Part shown: in pieces, positions 34,179 to 46,200 of the stretch
Layout of the letters: each line of letters starts with the position of its first letter
How positions within the stretch are numbered: position 1 is the stretch's first letter
Source of the DNA: Eledone cirrhosa
Lineage: Eukaryota
Assembly (NCBI GenBank): GCA_964016885.1
Contig: OZ024743.1
Location: 41,726,001 to 41,790,000, forward strand
Direction of reading: 5' to 3'
Length of the DNA stretch: 64,000 nt
Position numbers and translations under genes: made by a program
Notes under the pieces: generated by a model
The model's input: only the letters and a program-made list of their open reading frames with translations
What the model was told of the DNA's origin: nothing
Databases searched by the model: none

Positions 34179-35216
34179 GTATATAACTGTGAGTGTGTGT
34201 ATGTGAGTATACGATGTTTATATATATGTAACGGCACATATGCATCCATACAAACCGTAGGGACGCACACGTGTATATATATATATTTTTCAACCCTCAA
34301 CACACACATACAAACACACACGCACAAAAGCACTCACACACATATATATATATATATGTAGAAAGAGGGAGGGGAAATTGCGGGAGGGAGAGAGTTAGAA
34401 GGAGTGAAAGAGAGTTGAGAAGGTGAAAATCGATATATAGATAAATAGATAGAGATATATTGGAAAAGACTTCGTATCTCTAGGACTACTTCTAAGTAAA
34501 ACATAACATTATACAATACATGCTTATATAGCAACATACCTACAAATAGAAACACACAGGCATACGCACACGTTCAAGCTGGCACATATACACATACATA
34601 TCTGATATATTTTAAAATGCGTATGGATATATGTTTATGTGTAAGTGAATGTGTGTCTTTCACAATATGTACTACTTGTCGAACGAAATTATACGTCTGT
34701 AAGAATGTAGAGATATCGAAACCAAACAAAGAATTATTCAATCACTCTCTTGCCGCTCGACTGGCAAATAATAGACAGAATTTACTTGGAAAAGTAATCG
34801 TAAGAATGGTGAGGTATAACAAAATGGCGTAGTCGACTTCTATTATATTTTTCGTTAATACTCGTTTTTCTTTTCTTTTTTTTTCTTGTGTTTGTGTGAG
34901 TGAATGTGCCCAGATAATTAGCCTATCGAATACCTAGAGAGTGATTTAATATTGATTATCTGTCAATCGTGTGTTCTCTTTGTCTGGTAGAGATTTATAC
35001 AAGTTTCTCTCACAGATTTGACATGTTAATGATGGAAAAAAGAACGTAAACTACTGTGGCGGTAACTTTATATTGGGAAATTATTTAGAGTATTAATATT
35101 AATATGATATGTAACAACAGCAATAACACCAACATTTGCAGAATTATAAAGCAGAATATCAATAATTATAGCCTCATCATCATCATCATTTTCTTCTTCT
35201 TCTTCTTCTTCTTCTT

Positions 35217-35282
<66 letters not shown>

Positions 35283-35283
35283 G

Positions 35284-38200
35284 TTATTCCTTGAATCTCA
35301 GTCATTGATGTTGGTTAACTGGAAAGTCCGTTGGATTGAATATCAAGCCACTACCTGCAGCCTCAGATATTCAGGACGTATCGGAGGGTTCTTGCTGTTC
35401 CAAGCAAGCATGCCTTTTGAAGCGTTCCAAAAAGCGTGAAGGGGCCGATTTTCTTTAACCATCCCTGGAAACCTTTGGAGATAGTCCCCAGTGCGCCTAT
35501 GACAATCGGGATCACTTTGACTTCATGGCAGTTCCAAATCCTTTTCACCTCCCACTTTAGGTCCTGGTATCGGTTAATTTTCTCCCTCTCCTTCTCCTGC
35601 ACTCTCGTGTCGAACGGGCAGGCCACATCCACAATCAGGCACGATCTTTTTTCTTTGTCCACAACCACCAGGTCAGGTCTATTGTGTTCCAGTTTTTTGT
35701 CCGTCTGTATCCTAAAATCCCACAGCACCTTCACCTGACTGTTCTCCATCACCGCCTCTGGCCTATGCTCATACCATTTCTCAGAATGTGGTAGATTGTT
35801 TACTTTGCACAGGTGCCAGTGGATCACCCTGCCCATCACATCGTGTCTCCAGCCCTTATAGTGGGTCTGGGCTAGGTGTTTACACTCGGACACAATGTGA
35901 GCCACAGTCTCCTCTCTCTCTCCACAGATCCTGCACAGTGGGCTAGCCTCCTCCTTATAGATATGGTGCTTCAACCACTTCGTTTTGAGGGCCTGCTCCT
36001 GCGCAGCCATTAGCATTCCTTCTGTAGCCTTTTTGAGGTCTCCTCTTCTCAACCAGTTCCATGTCTGTGGATCTCTAAATTCAGTTTTCTCAAAGAAGGT
36101 ACTATGAAGGTATTTTCCCTTAAGGCTGCTCTTCCTCCTTGATGTTATTTCCTCCTTGGACATCCCCTGGCCTACTGTCCCCTCCTTCAGTACAGTTCTG
36201 AGCATTGGCTCCTTACTATAGGTCACGTATTTGTATAGGTTGTTTTTCTCCATCTGAACACAGTCCTCTATGCTGATAAGACCTCTTCCACCCTCAGATC
36301 TCCTTAGGTAGAGTCTATCGACATCACTCCTCTTGTGGAACATGTTGTAGATAGTCAATAGCTTCCTAGTCTTCCTATCCATTTCTTTTTGTTCAGCAAC
36401 ATTCCATCTCAGAATTCCCGCACTGTACCTAATAATAGACACAGCTCGGGAATTTACTGCGCTTATGGCATTTCTGCTGTTCAGATGTGACTTCAATACG
36501 CTCCTTACTCTCCGAATGTATTCAGTTCTTAACAATTCCTTCATTTTTTTGTTCTTTATGCCATCAGCCTCCAGAACGCCCAAATACTTGTATCCTTCCT
36601 CAGAGTCAATTTCCTTTATCATCTCACCTGTTGGTATCTGGATCCCGTTACTTCTGCTCAACCTACCCCTCTTCATCACAATGACTCCCCATTTACCAAT
36701 ACCAAACTGCATAAATATATCACTGCTGAAAATACGGACAGTGTCAACAAGCACATCCAACTCCTTCTCACTTTTCCCGAAGAGCTTAAGATCGTCCATG
36801 AAGAGGAGGTGATTGATGGTAAGCTCTCCCCTTCCCAACTTGTATCCTGCTCTCACTTTTCGCAGCATAATGGTCAAGGGCATCAGGGCAAGGACAAACA
36901 ACAGAGGGGACAGGCTATCTCCCTGGAAGATACCTCTCTTGATCTTCACGCTTCCCAAGGATACTCCAGTTGATGTCAACTCTGTCTCCCAGGACCCCAT
37001 ACTCCTGCCCAGCAACTGTCTGATGTTATCTGCCACCCTGAAGATCTCCAGGCTTTTGGTGATCCAGGAATGAGGCACCATGTCAAATGCCTTTCTGTAG
37101 TCTATCCATCCCATGGCAAGATCAGTGTGTCTCCTCCTGCAATTCCCCATTACCATCTTATCAATAAGCAACTGGTCCTTTGTACCACGTGACTTCTTTC
37201 GGCATCCTTTCTGTTCGTCCGGTAACAAGTTGTTTGTGTGGAGGTGATGGTAGATTTCCTCAGACACAATGCTCGTCAACAGTTTCCACATTACGGGCAG
37301 ACATGTGATAGGTCTATAGTTGGTAACATCATTACCCTTGATTCGGTCTTTCATTATCAGAACTGTGGTACCTTTTGTCAACCACTCTGGCACCTCACCC
37401 GACACCAAGCAGTCATTGAACATGGCCGTCAGCTTCGGGTGGAGGGATGTTAAATGTTTAATCCAATACCCCTGCACACCATCTGGGCCTTGTGATTTCC
37501 AGTTGGTTAGTTTTTTGGCTTGCCCCTTAAGAGTTTCAACTGTGATACTCAAATCAGTCTGTTGTTGTGCCTGCTCACCGATCTCCCTCTGTACTGTCTC
37601 AATCCACCCTGCCTGGGCATTGTGTCTAACATCCTGCTCCCATATTCCTCTCCAGAATGTTTTAGCTTGTTCCGCCCCAGGGATCAAGTCGTTGCCTCTT
37701 TCTTTCCCCTCAAGCTGTCCAAACAGCATCTTCTGGTTGTTGTCGAACATGCGGTTCTGTTTATACTGACTGACTCTGTTCTCGTATCGCCTGATTTTGG
37801 CACTCTTTGCTACAATGCGTTGCTTCAATTCCTCTATGATAATATTTAGCTTTTTACTCCTAGTTTTGTATTTTATTTCCAGTCTATTTTTAGTGCCTAT
37901 GTTTTTTAGTGTCCCATTCAGTAGTGACTCAAGCTTTCCTATGTCATTTCTCATTTCCCCGATTTGCCCACTCAGTCGCTTCTTCCACCACGGCTCTGCT
38001 CTTTCTTGTCTGTTGTTTCCTCTCGCTTTTATACCAAGTAGTTTCCTCACCGTATTTGCTGTTGCTTTGAGGATATTGTTGCACTGGTGAAGGCTCCTTG
38101 CCTCAAGGTATGGGATGACTTTGTTTACCTTAGCTGTTGTTTCTTTTAACTTTTTCCTGTCTACAAATCTTAGGTTCATAGGTCTCCCACTATCATTGTT

Positions 38201-38872
38201 CAATTCATCTACCACTAAATTTAGGATGTCAACCGAATCTTGTCCTAGCCCGTCAGCATTCATCTCCTCAGTGGCCGTATCTCTGTTCCAGGCATTATTT
38301 ATCTCAGTATTCAGATCATTGTCTGCTTCGGGTGGTTCCTCCGTTCTCAGGACCTCCTCACCTTCATTTCCCACCGGCTCGCTTGTCTGGCATACTACAC
38401 CCGCCATCTCCAAGCCATTCTCTCTGCTCAGTTCCTCCAGTTCCAGCTCGCTTATCCACCCATTAGTTCTTATTACCCGAGCCTGCCCGGCCAATTTTTG
38501 TTCATCTAATTTAAATAAACCAATCTCGTTCCAGATGTTATGCATCCGTCTCCTGTAGCCCCTCTTCTTGGGGTTACTTTTCAGGTAGCATTGCATAACA
38601 GTTCTATTCAATTCTTTCGTCCAGTTGGTTCTGGCCCCTTTCCTTCTTCTTCTTCCTCCAACATCAGCAGTATTTGGTTGACAGTCAGGTTCCTGCTGCT
38701 GAGCCAGGGGGCACCTGTTGGGTGAGAGTCTGTCACATGACGTTCTAGTCTCCATTTCACCGTTATTCGAACTGTTTATGTTCGATATTTAAACACTCTT
38801 ATCGAGGATTGGCGAATGTATGTTTACATAGCCATCTGTGGATCCGCCATCCCACTTGGCCCTTGTGTGGCA
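35284..38872 (-). mobile_element. Full-length R4/Dong LINE (family A) ending in (TAA)n-(GAA)n
   Basis: Single RT-RLE ORF, ~80-bp 3' UTR, (TTC)n(TTA)n at about 35191-35288 on +; 5' boundary approximate. Confidence 0.9.
35363..38755 (-). CDS. Intact R4/Dong ORF: reverse transcriptase, CCHC knuckle and restriction-like endonuclease (1,130 aa)
   Basis: KSQGPDG, NYRPITCL, EQKGCR, WIDYRKAFDMVPH, GIFQGDSLSPLLF, LFMDD, YKYLG, CRICGEREETVAHIVSEC, RHD, RPDLVVVDK..IVDVACP..EKINRY, IGALG; no internal stop. Confidence 0.93.
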   Translation of the reverse strand: METRTSCDRLSPNRCPLAQQQEPDCQPNTADVGGRRRRKGARTNWTKELNRTVMQCYLKSNPKKRGYRRRMHNIWNEIGLFKLDEQKLAGQARVIRTNGWISELELEELSRENGLEMAGVVCQTSEPVGNEGEEVLRTEEPPEADNDLNTEINNAWNRDTATEEMNADGLGQDSVDILNLVVDELNNDSGRPMNLRFVDRKKLKETTAKVNKVIPYLEARSLHQCNNILKATANTVRKLLGIKARGNNRQERAEPWWKKRLSGQIGEMRNDIGKLESLLNGTLKNIGTKNRLEIKYKTRSKKLNIIIEELKQRIVAKSAKIRRYENRVSQYKQNRMFDNNQKMLFGQLEGKERGNDLIPGAEQAKTFWRGIWEQDVRHNAQAGWIETVQREIGEQAQQQTDLSITVETLKGQAKKLTNWKSQGPDGVQGYWIKHLTSLHPKLTAMFNDCLVSGEVPEWLTKGTTVLIMKDRIKGNDVTNYRPITCLPVMWKLLTSIVSEEIYHHLHTNNLLPDEQKGCRKKSRGTKDQLLIDKMVMGNCRRRHTDLAMGWIDYRKAFDMVPHSWITKSLEIFRVADNIRQLLGRSMGSWETELTSTGVSLGSVKIKRGIFQGDSLSPLLFVLALMPLTIMLRKVRAGYKLGRGELTINHLLFMDDLKLFGKSEKELDVLVDTVRIFSSDIFMQFGIGKWGVIVMKRGRLSRSNGIQIPTGEMIKEIDSEEGYKYLGVLEADGIKNKKMKELLRTEYIRRVRSVLKSHLNSRNAISAVNSRAVSIIRYSAGILRWNVAEQKEMDRKTRKLLTIYNMFHKRSDVDRLYLRRSEGGRGLISIEDCVQMEKNNLYKYVTYSKEPMLRTVLKEGTVGQGMSKEEITSRRKSSLKGKYLHSTFFEKTEFRDPQTWNWLRRGDLKKATEGMLMAAQEQALKTKWLKHHIYKEEASPLCRICGEREETVAHIVSECKHLAQTHYKGWRHDVMGRVIHWHLCKVNNLPHSEKWYEHRPEAVMENSQVKVLWDFRIQTDKKLEHNRPDLVVVDKEKRSCLIVDVACPFDTRVQEKEREKINRYQDLKWEVKRIWNCHEVKVIPIVIGALGTISKGFQGWLKKIGPFTLFGTLQKACLLGTARTLRYVLNI

Positions 38873-39524
38873 TTATCACCACGCTGTATACGAACACACA
38901 TAAACAAACAAACACACGGGCAGAAAGGGCCCCAAAAATGAATAAGCATAAGTTTCATTGTAATGTAGTATTCGAATGTCTGACTTAGTTTTTGTTTTTT
39001 AAGTTTTACTTTTTCCCCCCTCTTCTCTGTCCGTCCGCCTGCTTCTCTCTTCATTCTTATTTTCTTTACGTTTTTGGGGTTTCTTTTTTTGTTTTTGTTT
39101 TTCTCTGTTTGTTTTTCTCGTTTTTGCTGTTGTTGCTGTGCTGCTTTGGTTTTGTTGTTTGTTTTTTCTTTTTTCTTTTCAGTCTATCTATATATTTTGA
39201 TGCCTTCCTCTTTGTTAGTAGTAGGAATTCTATAATGTGGAAGTAGCAGCCAGCAGGGAGAAGTGGGAGACTGGCGGCGGTAGCGATACTGAGACAGTGG
39301 TGGTGGTGATGTCGATACCGAGGCAGTGGTGGCGGTGATGCGACCGTATTACTGTAGTGATGGTGCTGTAGCGGTGGCAGCAGTGAAGGAGTCAAGGGGT
39401 GGCGGCGGCGGTGATGGGATAGTGGTGGTAATGATGGCCGTAGTGAGCGGTGGCGGTGAAGGTGAAAATGTCGTTATCTGGCTGTTGTGTTTAGTGTACA
39501 CAGATGATGGGGTGGGTGGTGTAT

Positions 39525-39840
39525 CTAGTTTCTGGTGTTGGTGAGTTTAGCTGTCCTATATAGTGTAGCCAGAGGAGAGGAGGGGGGGGGTTTCTTCTTC
39601 TTCCATTTATAGCCATTTTCTTTTTTGGATATACAGTGTCCAATACAAAGTTGAATATTTGAATATTTGAGCCTTATAACAATATATTTTGGGTCCGAAT
39701 TTTTTGGGGCTCAAGCCGGGTGCTTTACGTAGCATTTGTACTAAGAGTTGTTATTTCACAAATGATTTAAATATGTTAAAAATTCAAAACTTACGGGAGC
39801 GATTTCATGACCTCCGTCACCTCGTGCGTCTTCTTCCCTC
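39525..39840. repeat. Unclassified dispersed repeat; paralogue at about 47878-48180
   Basis: Both copies read tagtgtag...ccatttata.ccattttct...gatttaaatatgttaaaaa...cttacgggagc.atttc.tgac...cacctcgtgcgtcttcttccct; moderately diverged. Confidence 0.75.
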
Positions 39841-39841
39841 C

Positions 39842-39886
<45 letters not shown>

Positions 39887-39889
<3 letters not shown>

Positions 39890-40130
39890 CTTGAATCTCA
39901 GTCATTGATGTTGGTTAACTGGAAAGTCCGTTGGAATGAATATCAAGCAACTACCTGCAGCCTCAGATATTCAGGACGTATCGGAGGGTTCTTGCTGTTC
40001 CCAGCAAGCATGCCTTTTGAAGCGTTCCAAAAAGCGTGAAGGGGCCGATTTTCTTTAACCATCCCTGGAAACTTTTGGAGATAGTCCCCAGTGCGCCTAT
40101 GACAATCGGGATCACTTTGACTTCATGGCA
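39887..40130 (-). mobile_element. 5'-truncated R4/Dong family A 3' end
   Basis: About 4 differences from 35287-35530 by eye; bounded by (TTA)n tracts. Confidence 0.92.
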
Positions 40131-40147
40131 TTTCTAAATCCTTTTTA

Positions 40148-40208
<61 letters not shown>

Positions 40209-40210
<2 letters not shown>

Positions 40211-40628
40211 AGTTGCATTTATATTGCTTTATGTTCATACGAGTTATCACCAAGTCACAACCAGTGACCTCAAGAGACAACAAGGTCCGCCATGTTCAAG
40301 AAAGAACATACATACTCACACATGCATCTTTAGTGTTTAGACTTGTGATGTACTTATATTGACAGAATCTTCCTTAGTATATGGGCAGTTCCCATTAGTA
40401 CTATCTTTTGTACTTCTCCTATACGCAGGTTTCCTGGGATTTACGATAAGTAATCATTAGACCCCTTAGGTATCATTCCCAGAGCGCCCACAACCACTGG
40501 TATTGTTTTAGTTCTCAATTTCCACATTTTTCCAATTTTATCTCCAGGTCCTTATACTTGCTCAATTTTTCAAATGTTTTTATAGATACATTCTTGTCTA
40601 TTGGAACGGACATATCAATTAGCAGGCA
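40209..40628 (-). mobile_element. 5'-truncated R4/Dong family B 3' end
   Basis: Highly similar to 43290-43718 (LLIDMSVPIDKN.SIKTFEKLSKYKDL); (TTA)n on both sides. Confidence 0.9.
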
Positions 40629-40699
40629 TACCCTCTTTTTAAAGTCATTCATTATTATCATTATTATTATTATTATTATTATTGCTATTATCTTTCCTA

Positions 40700-43249
40700 C
40701 TAACCGGTCTTTGGTCGACCACGACGGGCGCATGCTACTCGATCCCGGGAAAATGTGTGAGGCTTTTCAGCGACACTTCGCTCAGTTGTTCGGGGGCAGC
40801 GGTGAGTCGTGTCGAGGATGGACTTTAGTGCCCACCTCGCCGGAGTGCCGCGGCTCTCTGCCACTGAGGCGGAGTGTTGCGAAATGCCAATAACAGCCGC
40901 TGAAGTAGGGGAGGCGATGATTGGCTGCACGATGGGGAATCGCCTGGTTTGGATGGTCTGCCCTATGAACTTTACGTAGAGATGCCAGACTTGTTCGGAG
41001 GCTTTTGGCGGACGCCTACTGCAACTGGCAACAGAAAGGGAGAATTCCCAGCTCTGTGAGCCGAGGAGCGGTGGCGTTGCTGAGAAAGGATCCGAACAAA
41101 GGGGATAACATAGATAATTTCAGGCCCATAACTATGCTAAACACAGAGTTCAAGACTTTGGCCAAGGTGCTAGCAAAGAGGTTGGCGCGTGTCGGTGAAG
41201 GTATGGTGGGAGAGGCGCAGACATACGCCATTCCAGACAGATCGATCAAAGACAACCTCCACCTCATGCGATACATCGTGGAGAGGGTAGCTAGGGAACC
41301 TGGCACGGGTGGGTCCTTGATCAATTTAGATCAGTCGAAAGCTTTCGATAGCGTCGACCAGCGTTACCTAGCGGCAGTCCTGAGGGCGGCTGGCTTTGGG
41401 CCCGTCTTCAGAGGCTTGATCGCTGCCATGCACAGCGACATCTGCTCTGTGGTGAGAGTGAACGGTCACCTGTCGGAACCGTTCAACATCATGCGCTCGG
41501 TCCGCCAAGGATGTCCCCTCTCGTCCCTCTTGTACGTATTGACTCTCGAGCCATTACTGCACAAACTGGAGACGTTGAGGGGAGTCCCGCGCGAACTAGG
41601 ATGCGGAAGATCCGTGTCAGCATATGCGGACGATGTCACCGTAGTGGTGTCGAACGCCAAACACATCGAGGCGATCGGCACTACACTAAGAGAATACGAA
41701 GCGGTGACAGGAGCAATGATCAACCAGGAAAAGTCAGTGGGCCTGCAGCTCGGCACCTGGAGAGGCAGGTCCATGCCGTCCAACAGCGTCGTCGGATGCT
41801 GGACGGACGGACCGGTTAAATTGCTAGGGGTCTGGTTCGGTCCGGACCTCCAGACGGACAAAAACTGGGACGAGGTGACGAGCAGGGTGGCTTCTCTCAC
41901 CCAGAAATGGGCGGAGAGGAAGCTATCCCTGAAAGGTCGAGCGGAGGTGGCTAACGCGTACATCGCGTCTGTCATCTGCTACCGCCTGACCGTCGTACCT
42001 TGTCCTAAGCCTCGCCTGACTGCGCTGGAGCGTTTGCTCTTTCGCTTTTTGTGGAAGGGACGTGCTCCGATGGTCAGGCGGTCCATCTGTTGTCAACACC
42101 CGCTACGTGGAGGGCTGGGCATGCCGTGGCTGATGATGCGCAGGCACGCGCTCAGGCTACGACCTCTCTACCTCTTCCTCGACGGTGATCAGGTGTGGTC
42201 GCCGTTTGCTAGGCGCGTATTTCCCCAGCTCGTTTCCTTGACGGAGCTGCAGTCCTGGGTCAAGCGAAGACCGAGAGGGAGCGCCTGGAGACTGGAATGT
42301 CTTCAGGCGCTCACAGCCCTCGACCAATCGGGCAATGTGATCGGTGGAAACTCCACCTCGGTTTTCTATAGAGGATTAGTGGAGGGTAAGAGCGACGACG
42401 TACTTGGGGAAACTCTAGGCGTCGACGAAAATCAACTAGCCAATCTCTTCGGAAGAACTTTCGGGCCGGGGCCTATGGACAATTTCCAGAAATCTCTGGC
42501 CTGGCAGTGCTACCGAGGAGCCTTGCCAGTTCGGGATAAACTCTACAGGCATGGAGGTGCCGTCAGCTGGGCATGTCCGAGATGCGCGCAGGGCGACGAA
42601 ACCGTCCTGCACGCACTCGTCCAGTGTCCGAAAATTGCTGACTTATGGGTTTATGTCGAACACCTGCTGTCGCGTTTAGGACGGATCCGGCTATCATCTG
42701 AGTCCATCGTGAGGATTGCCCCGCCCTCCTCCTTTAGCCGGGAAGGGCAGGAAGTTTTTATCAGTCTGGTGGCCATGGCGAAAGAGATAGTATGGTGGAC
42801 ACGTTTGAAAGGGCTGAAGACGAGCACTTACCTCTTCGGTGATGCTCTGATTGACTTTTTCAAATTTCATTTGAAAAGGAAAATCAGAGTAGAGAGGGAA
42901 GTGCTCTCTTCCCAGCATTTTGTTGAAAGATGGGTGAGAGAAGCAAGAATGGCCCGAGTGAATGGGCCTACTCTGAGTATATATCTGTAAATTAAAGGTG
43001 GAAAACTGGGAGAGGGCACTTGCCTTGGTGGTCAGGGTCATTGTGGCTTTTTACTGGGCTTTCTCCACAAATGTCCCTCCGAAGTCTCCCCCCTATTGGG
43101 GAATTTTTCATTGTTATTTTCATTGTTATTTTTGTTACATCCTCTGTTTTTGTTTTTTACACGCAGAAATGCCCATTTGGACCGTCCTGCATTGTCCTGC
43201 ACTGTCCTTAATGTCTACTTTATGTAAACCCTTGTGGTTAATAAAGAAA

Positions 43250-43251
<2 letters not shown>
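40700..43251 (+). mobile_element. 5'-truncated Tx1/L1-clade LINE inserted between (TTA)n tracts
   Basis: Frameshifted upstream linker (PITAAEV...PGLDGLPYELY), long RT ORF, 3' UTR with AATAAA at 43240 running into (ATT)n. Confidence 0.88.
41005..42990 (+). CDS. Tx1-like ORF2 C-terminal part (RT + zinc finger), 661 aa open; N-terminal endonuclease absent
   Basis: NFRPITMLN, LDQSKAFDSV, SVRQGCPLS, AYADD, LSLKGRAEVAN, FLWKG, GGLG, CPRC...ETVLHALVQC. Confidence 0.85.
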   Translation: MADAYCNWQQKGRIPSSVSRGAVALLRKDPNKGDNIDNFRPITMLNTEFKTLAKVLAKRLARVGEGMVGEAQTYAIPDRSIKDNLHLMRYIVERVAREPGTGGSLINLDQSKAFDSVDQRYLAAVLRAAGFGPVFRGLIAAMHSDICSVVRVNGHLSEPFNIMRSVRQGCPLSSLLYVLTLEPLLHKLETLRGVPRELGCGRSVSAYADDVTVVVSNAKHIEAIGTTLREYEAVTGAMINQEKSVGLQLGTWRGRSMPSNSVVGCWTDGPVKLLGVWFGPDLQTDKNWDEVTSRVASLTQKWAERKLSLKGRAEVANAYIASVICYRLTVVPCPKPRLTALERLLFRFLWKGRAPMVRRSICCQHPLRGGLGMPWLMMRRHALRLRPLYLFLDGDQVWSPFARRVFPQLVSLTELQSWVKRRPRGSAWRLECLQALTALDQSGNVIGGNSTSVFYRGLVEGKSDDVLGETLGVDENQLANLFGRTFGPGPMDNFQKSLAWQCYRGALPVRDKLYRHGGAVSWACPRCAQGDETVLHALVQCPKIADLWVYVEHLLSRLGRIRLSSESIVRIAPPSSFSREGQEVFISLVAMAKEIVWWTRLKGLKTSTYLFGDALIDFFKFHLKRKIRVEREVLSSQHFVERWVREARMARVNGPTLSIYL

Positions 43252-43289
<38 letters not shown>

Positions 43290-43290
<1 letters not shown>

Positions 43291-46200
43291 TATCTTGCTT
43301 TATGTTTATACGAGTTATCACCAAGTCACAACCAGTGACCTCAAGAGACAACAAGGTCCGCCATGTTCAAGAAAGAACACACATATTCACACATGCATCC
43401 TTAGTGTTTAGACTTGTGATGTACTTATATTGACAGGATCTTCCTTAGTATATGGGCAGTTCCCATTAGTACTATCTTTTGTATTTCTCCTATACGCGGG
43501 TTTCCTGGGATTTGCGATAAGTAGTCGTTAGACCCCTTAGGTATCATTCCCAGAGCGCCTACAACCACTGGTATTGTTTTAGTTCTCAATTTCCACATTT
43601 TTCCAATTTCTATCTCCAGGTCCTTATACTTGCTCAATTTTTCAAATGTTTTTATAGATTCATTCTTGTCTATTGGAACAGACATATCAATTAGCAGCCA
43701 TACCCTCCTTTGAAAGTCCTTCAATATTATATCAGGTCTATTTGCATCTATTTTTCGGTCTGTTTGGATGCTAAAGTTCCACAAGATTGAGATGTGATCT
43801 TTTTCAAGTATGGGAGGTGGTTGATGCTCCCACCAATTCTTTTGATGGGGCAGGTCAAAATGCTTACACATTATCCAATGTATGTATTGTGCAGCTCTGT
43901 CATGCCTGTTTAGGTATTCGGTTGGAGCTATAGGACTGCACATTGAAATTATATGGTCAATGGTCTCTGGTTGTTTTTTTGCATACACGGCATAATGGGC
44001 TGCACCCATTTTTTATTATGTTGGCTTGGTAATTTTTTGTTGGCAGACACTGATCTTGTGCGGATATAATCAGTCCTTCAGTCTCCGATTTCAGTCCAGA
44101 GGATGCCAACCACTGATGGGTGAAAGCTTTGTCAACATCAGGATTGTTAGCTCGCTCTGGGTATTTTCCATACAGAGGCTTTTCTTGCCATTTCTTAGCC
44201 AGTTTCTGTAGCAGTTCTTTCTTTACAGTTACTTTTACCTGCTTTGCTTTTTCTGTGTTTTCCATTTCAGCAGTAAATGGGACTTCTGAAATTTGTAGTC
44301 CATTACTGTATCTTTGTACATCTTTTGTAATGGAATATGATCTTTTGGTGCTTTCGTGTTTCAAAACGAGTTTGATCATCCAATCATGTGATTCCCTTAG
44401 ATATGTGGATAATCCAATTGTTGCAGTTTTCAACGCAATGTCTAACTGGATTAACCCACGTCCTCCTTCTTTCCTAGGGAGATATATTCTATCTATGTCT
44501 GCCTTAGGGTTATGCATTCTGTGCATGGTTAAGAATTTTCGGATTTTTGTATCGAGCCTACGGATCTCTGTGCTTGACCAGTTGATGACATTGTAACTGT
44601 AGGTTACTACTGGTATGGCAAGCGTGTTTATGGCATCGATCCTATTCCTTGCATTCAATTCCGTTCTTAAGATTGCTCTGACTCTGCGGTAACATTCCTT
44701 CCTTATCCTTTCCCTCATTGTCGAGTGCTTGATTCCGTCTCCTTCACAAACACCTAGATATTTGTAAGTTTGTTCTTGATCAAGCTCTCTTATCACGTTC
44801 CCCCGATCAAGATTAATGTCTGATCTCTTCAGCAGCTTTCCTCTGGTGAACGTTGCTTTGGCGCATTTATCCAGTCCAAACTCCATTTTAATGTCATCAC
44901 TGAACTGCTTCACAGTGGATAATAGCCCTTGCAATTGTTCATCATTTTTTGCGAATAGTTTCAGGTCATCCATGTAGAACAGGTGATTAATGGTTTTGTC
45001 ATAGACTCTATATCCATGTTTTGTTTCATTGAGCATTTTACTTAATGGTATAAGTGCGATGCAGAATAAAAGCGGTGATAAAGAGTCACCCTGAAAAATT
45101 ACACAATTAATGTTAACTTCTCCAGTTTCCAGTGATTTTGTTTCACTATTCAAAAGGAGTGTCGTTCTCCATGTCCTCATACTGAATGACAAAAACCTCC
45201 TGACAACGGGGGATATTTTGAAAATCTCTAAACATTTTTCAATCCAACTGTGTGGCAAACTATCAAATGCTTTTTTATAATCTATCCAAGCAATCGATAG
45301 ATTTTTGTGTCTATTATGACAATCTTCCAGTATCATTTTGTTAACCAGAAGCTGATCCTTACAGCCATATGAGCCTCGTTTACACCCTTTCTGCTCAATG
45401 GGAAATAGGTCATTTGTTATCAGGTGGTCATATGTGTATTCAGTTAGGACTGATGTTAAAATTTTATACATTGTGGTCAAGCAGGTTATCGGTCTGTAAT
45501 TTTTGGATTGTTTGTCTCATCATTCTTCGGTAGCATGAATGTAATGCCGTTAACTAGCCATGATGGTATCTTTTCTGGCTCCTTAACTATTTCATTGTAA
45601 AGTTGGGCCAACAGCTCATGAGACTCTGTGAAGGCATTTATCCAAAAGTTTTGTATTTTGTCTTTTCCTGGGGATTTCCATTTGCTGGTTTTTCTTAGAG
45701 CCAAGCGCAGCTGTTCAACTGTTATATTTTCCCATGTTTGTTCTTCAAGGTGAGCTGTTTCTTTCATTTGTCTGTCTATCCATGGGGCATGTATGTTATG
45801 AACTTTTTCTTCGGCCCAGATCTTTTCCCAGAATTCTTGCACTTCCTCCTTGGGTGGTATTGATTTAGCAGTTATTGTAGACTTACCAATTTTTCTGTAG
45901 AAGTTTCTTTGGTTGTTTTTGAACATATTATTGTCCTTATAGAATCTAGATCGTTTTTCAAAGCGCCTTATACGAGCAGCTTTGGCCGACACTTTTTGCT
46001 TGATTGTTTCTATCAGCATGTCTATGTCACATGTTGATCTTATACTGTACTTTTTTTTCAATTTTCTAAGTTTAGTTTGTTTAACATGTTCACCTACTTT
46101 ATAGTTTGTTAAAATTTCTATGTCAGATCGGAGAAGGTTTATTTGGCGATTGATGTTATCTTGCCAAGTAGATTTCTTGTGGGAATTCCTTTGTTTTTTC

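Noticed and set aside
38756-38872. Possible 5' ribozyme in Dong A (and Dong B, 47076-47238); both share gggatggcgg
   Set aside because: Stems are visible, but I could not assemble an HDV or hammerhead fold by eye.
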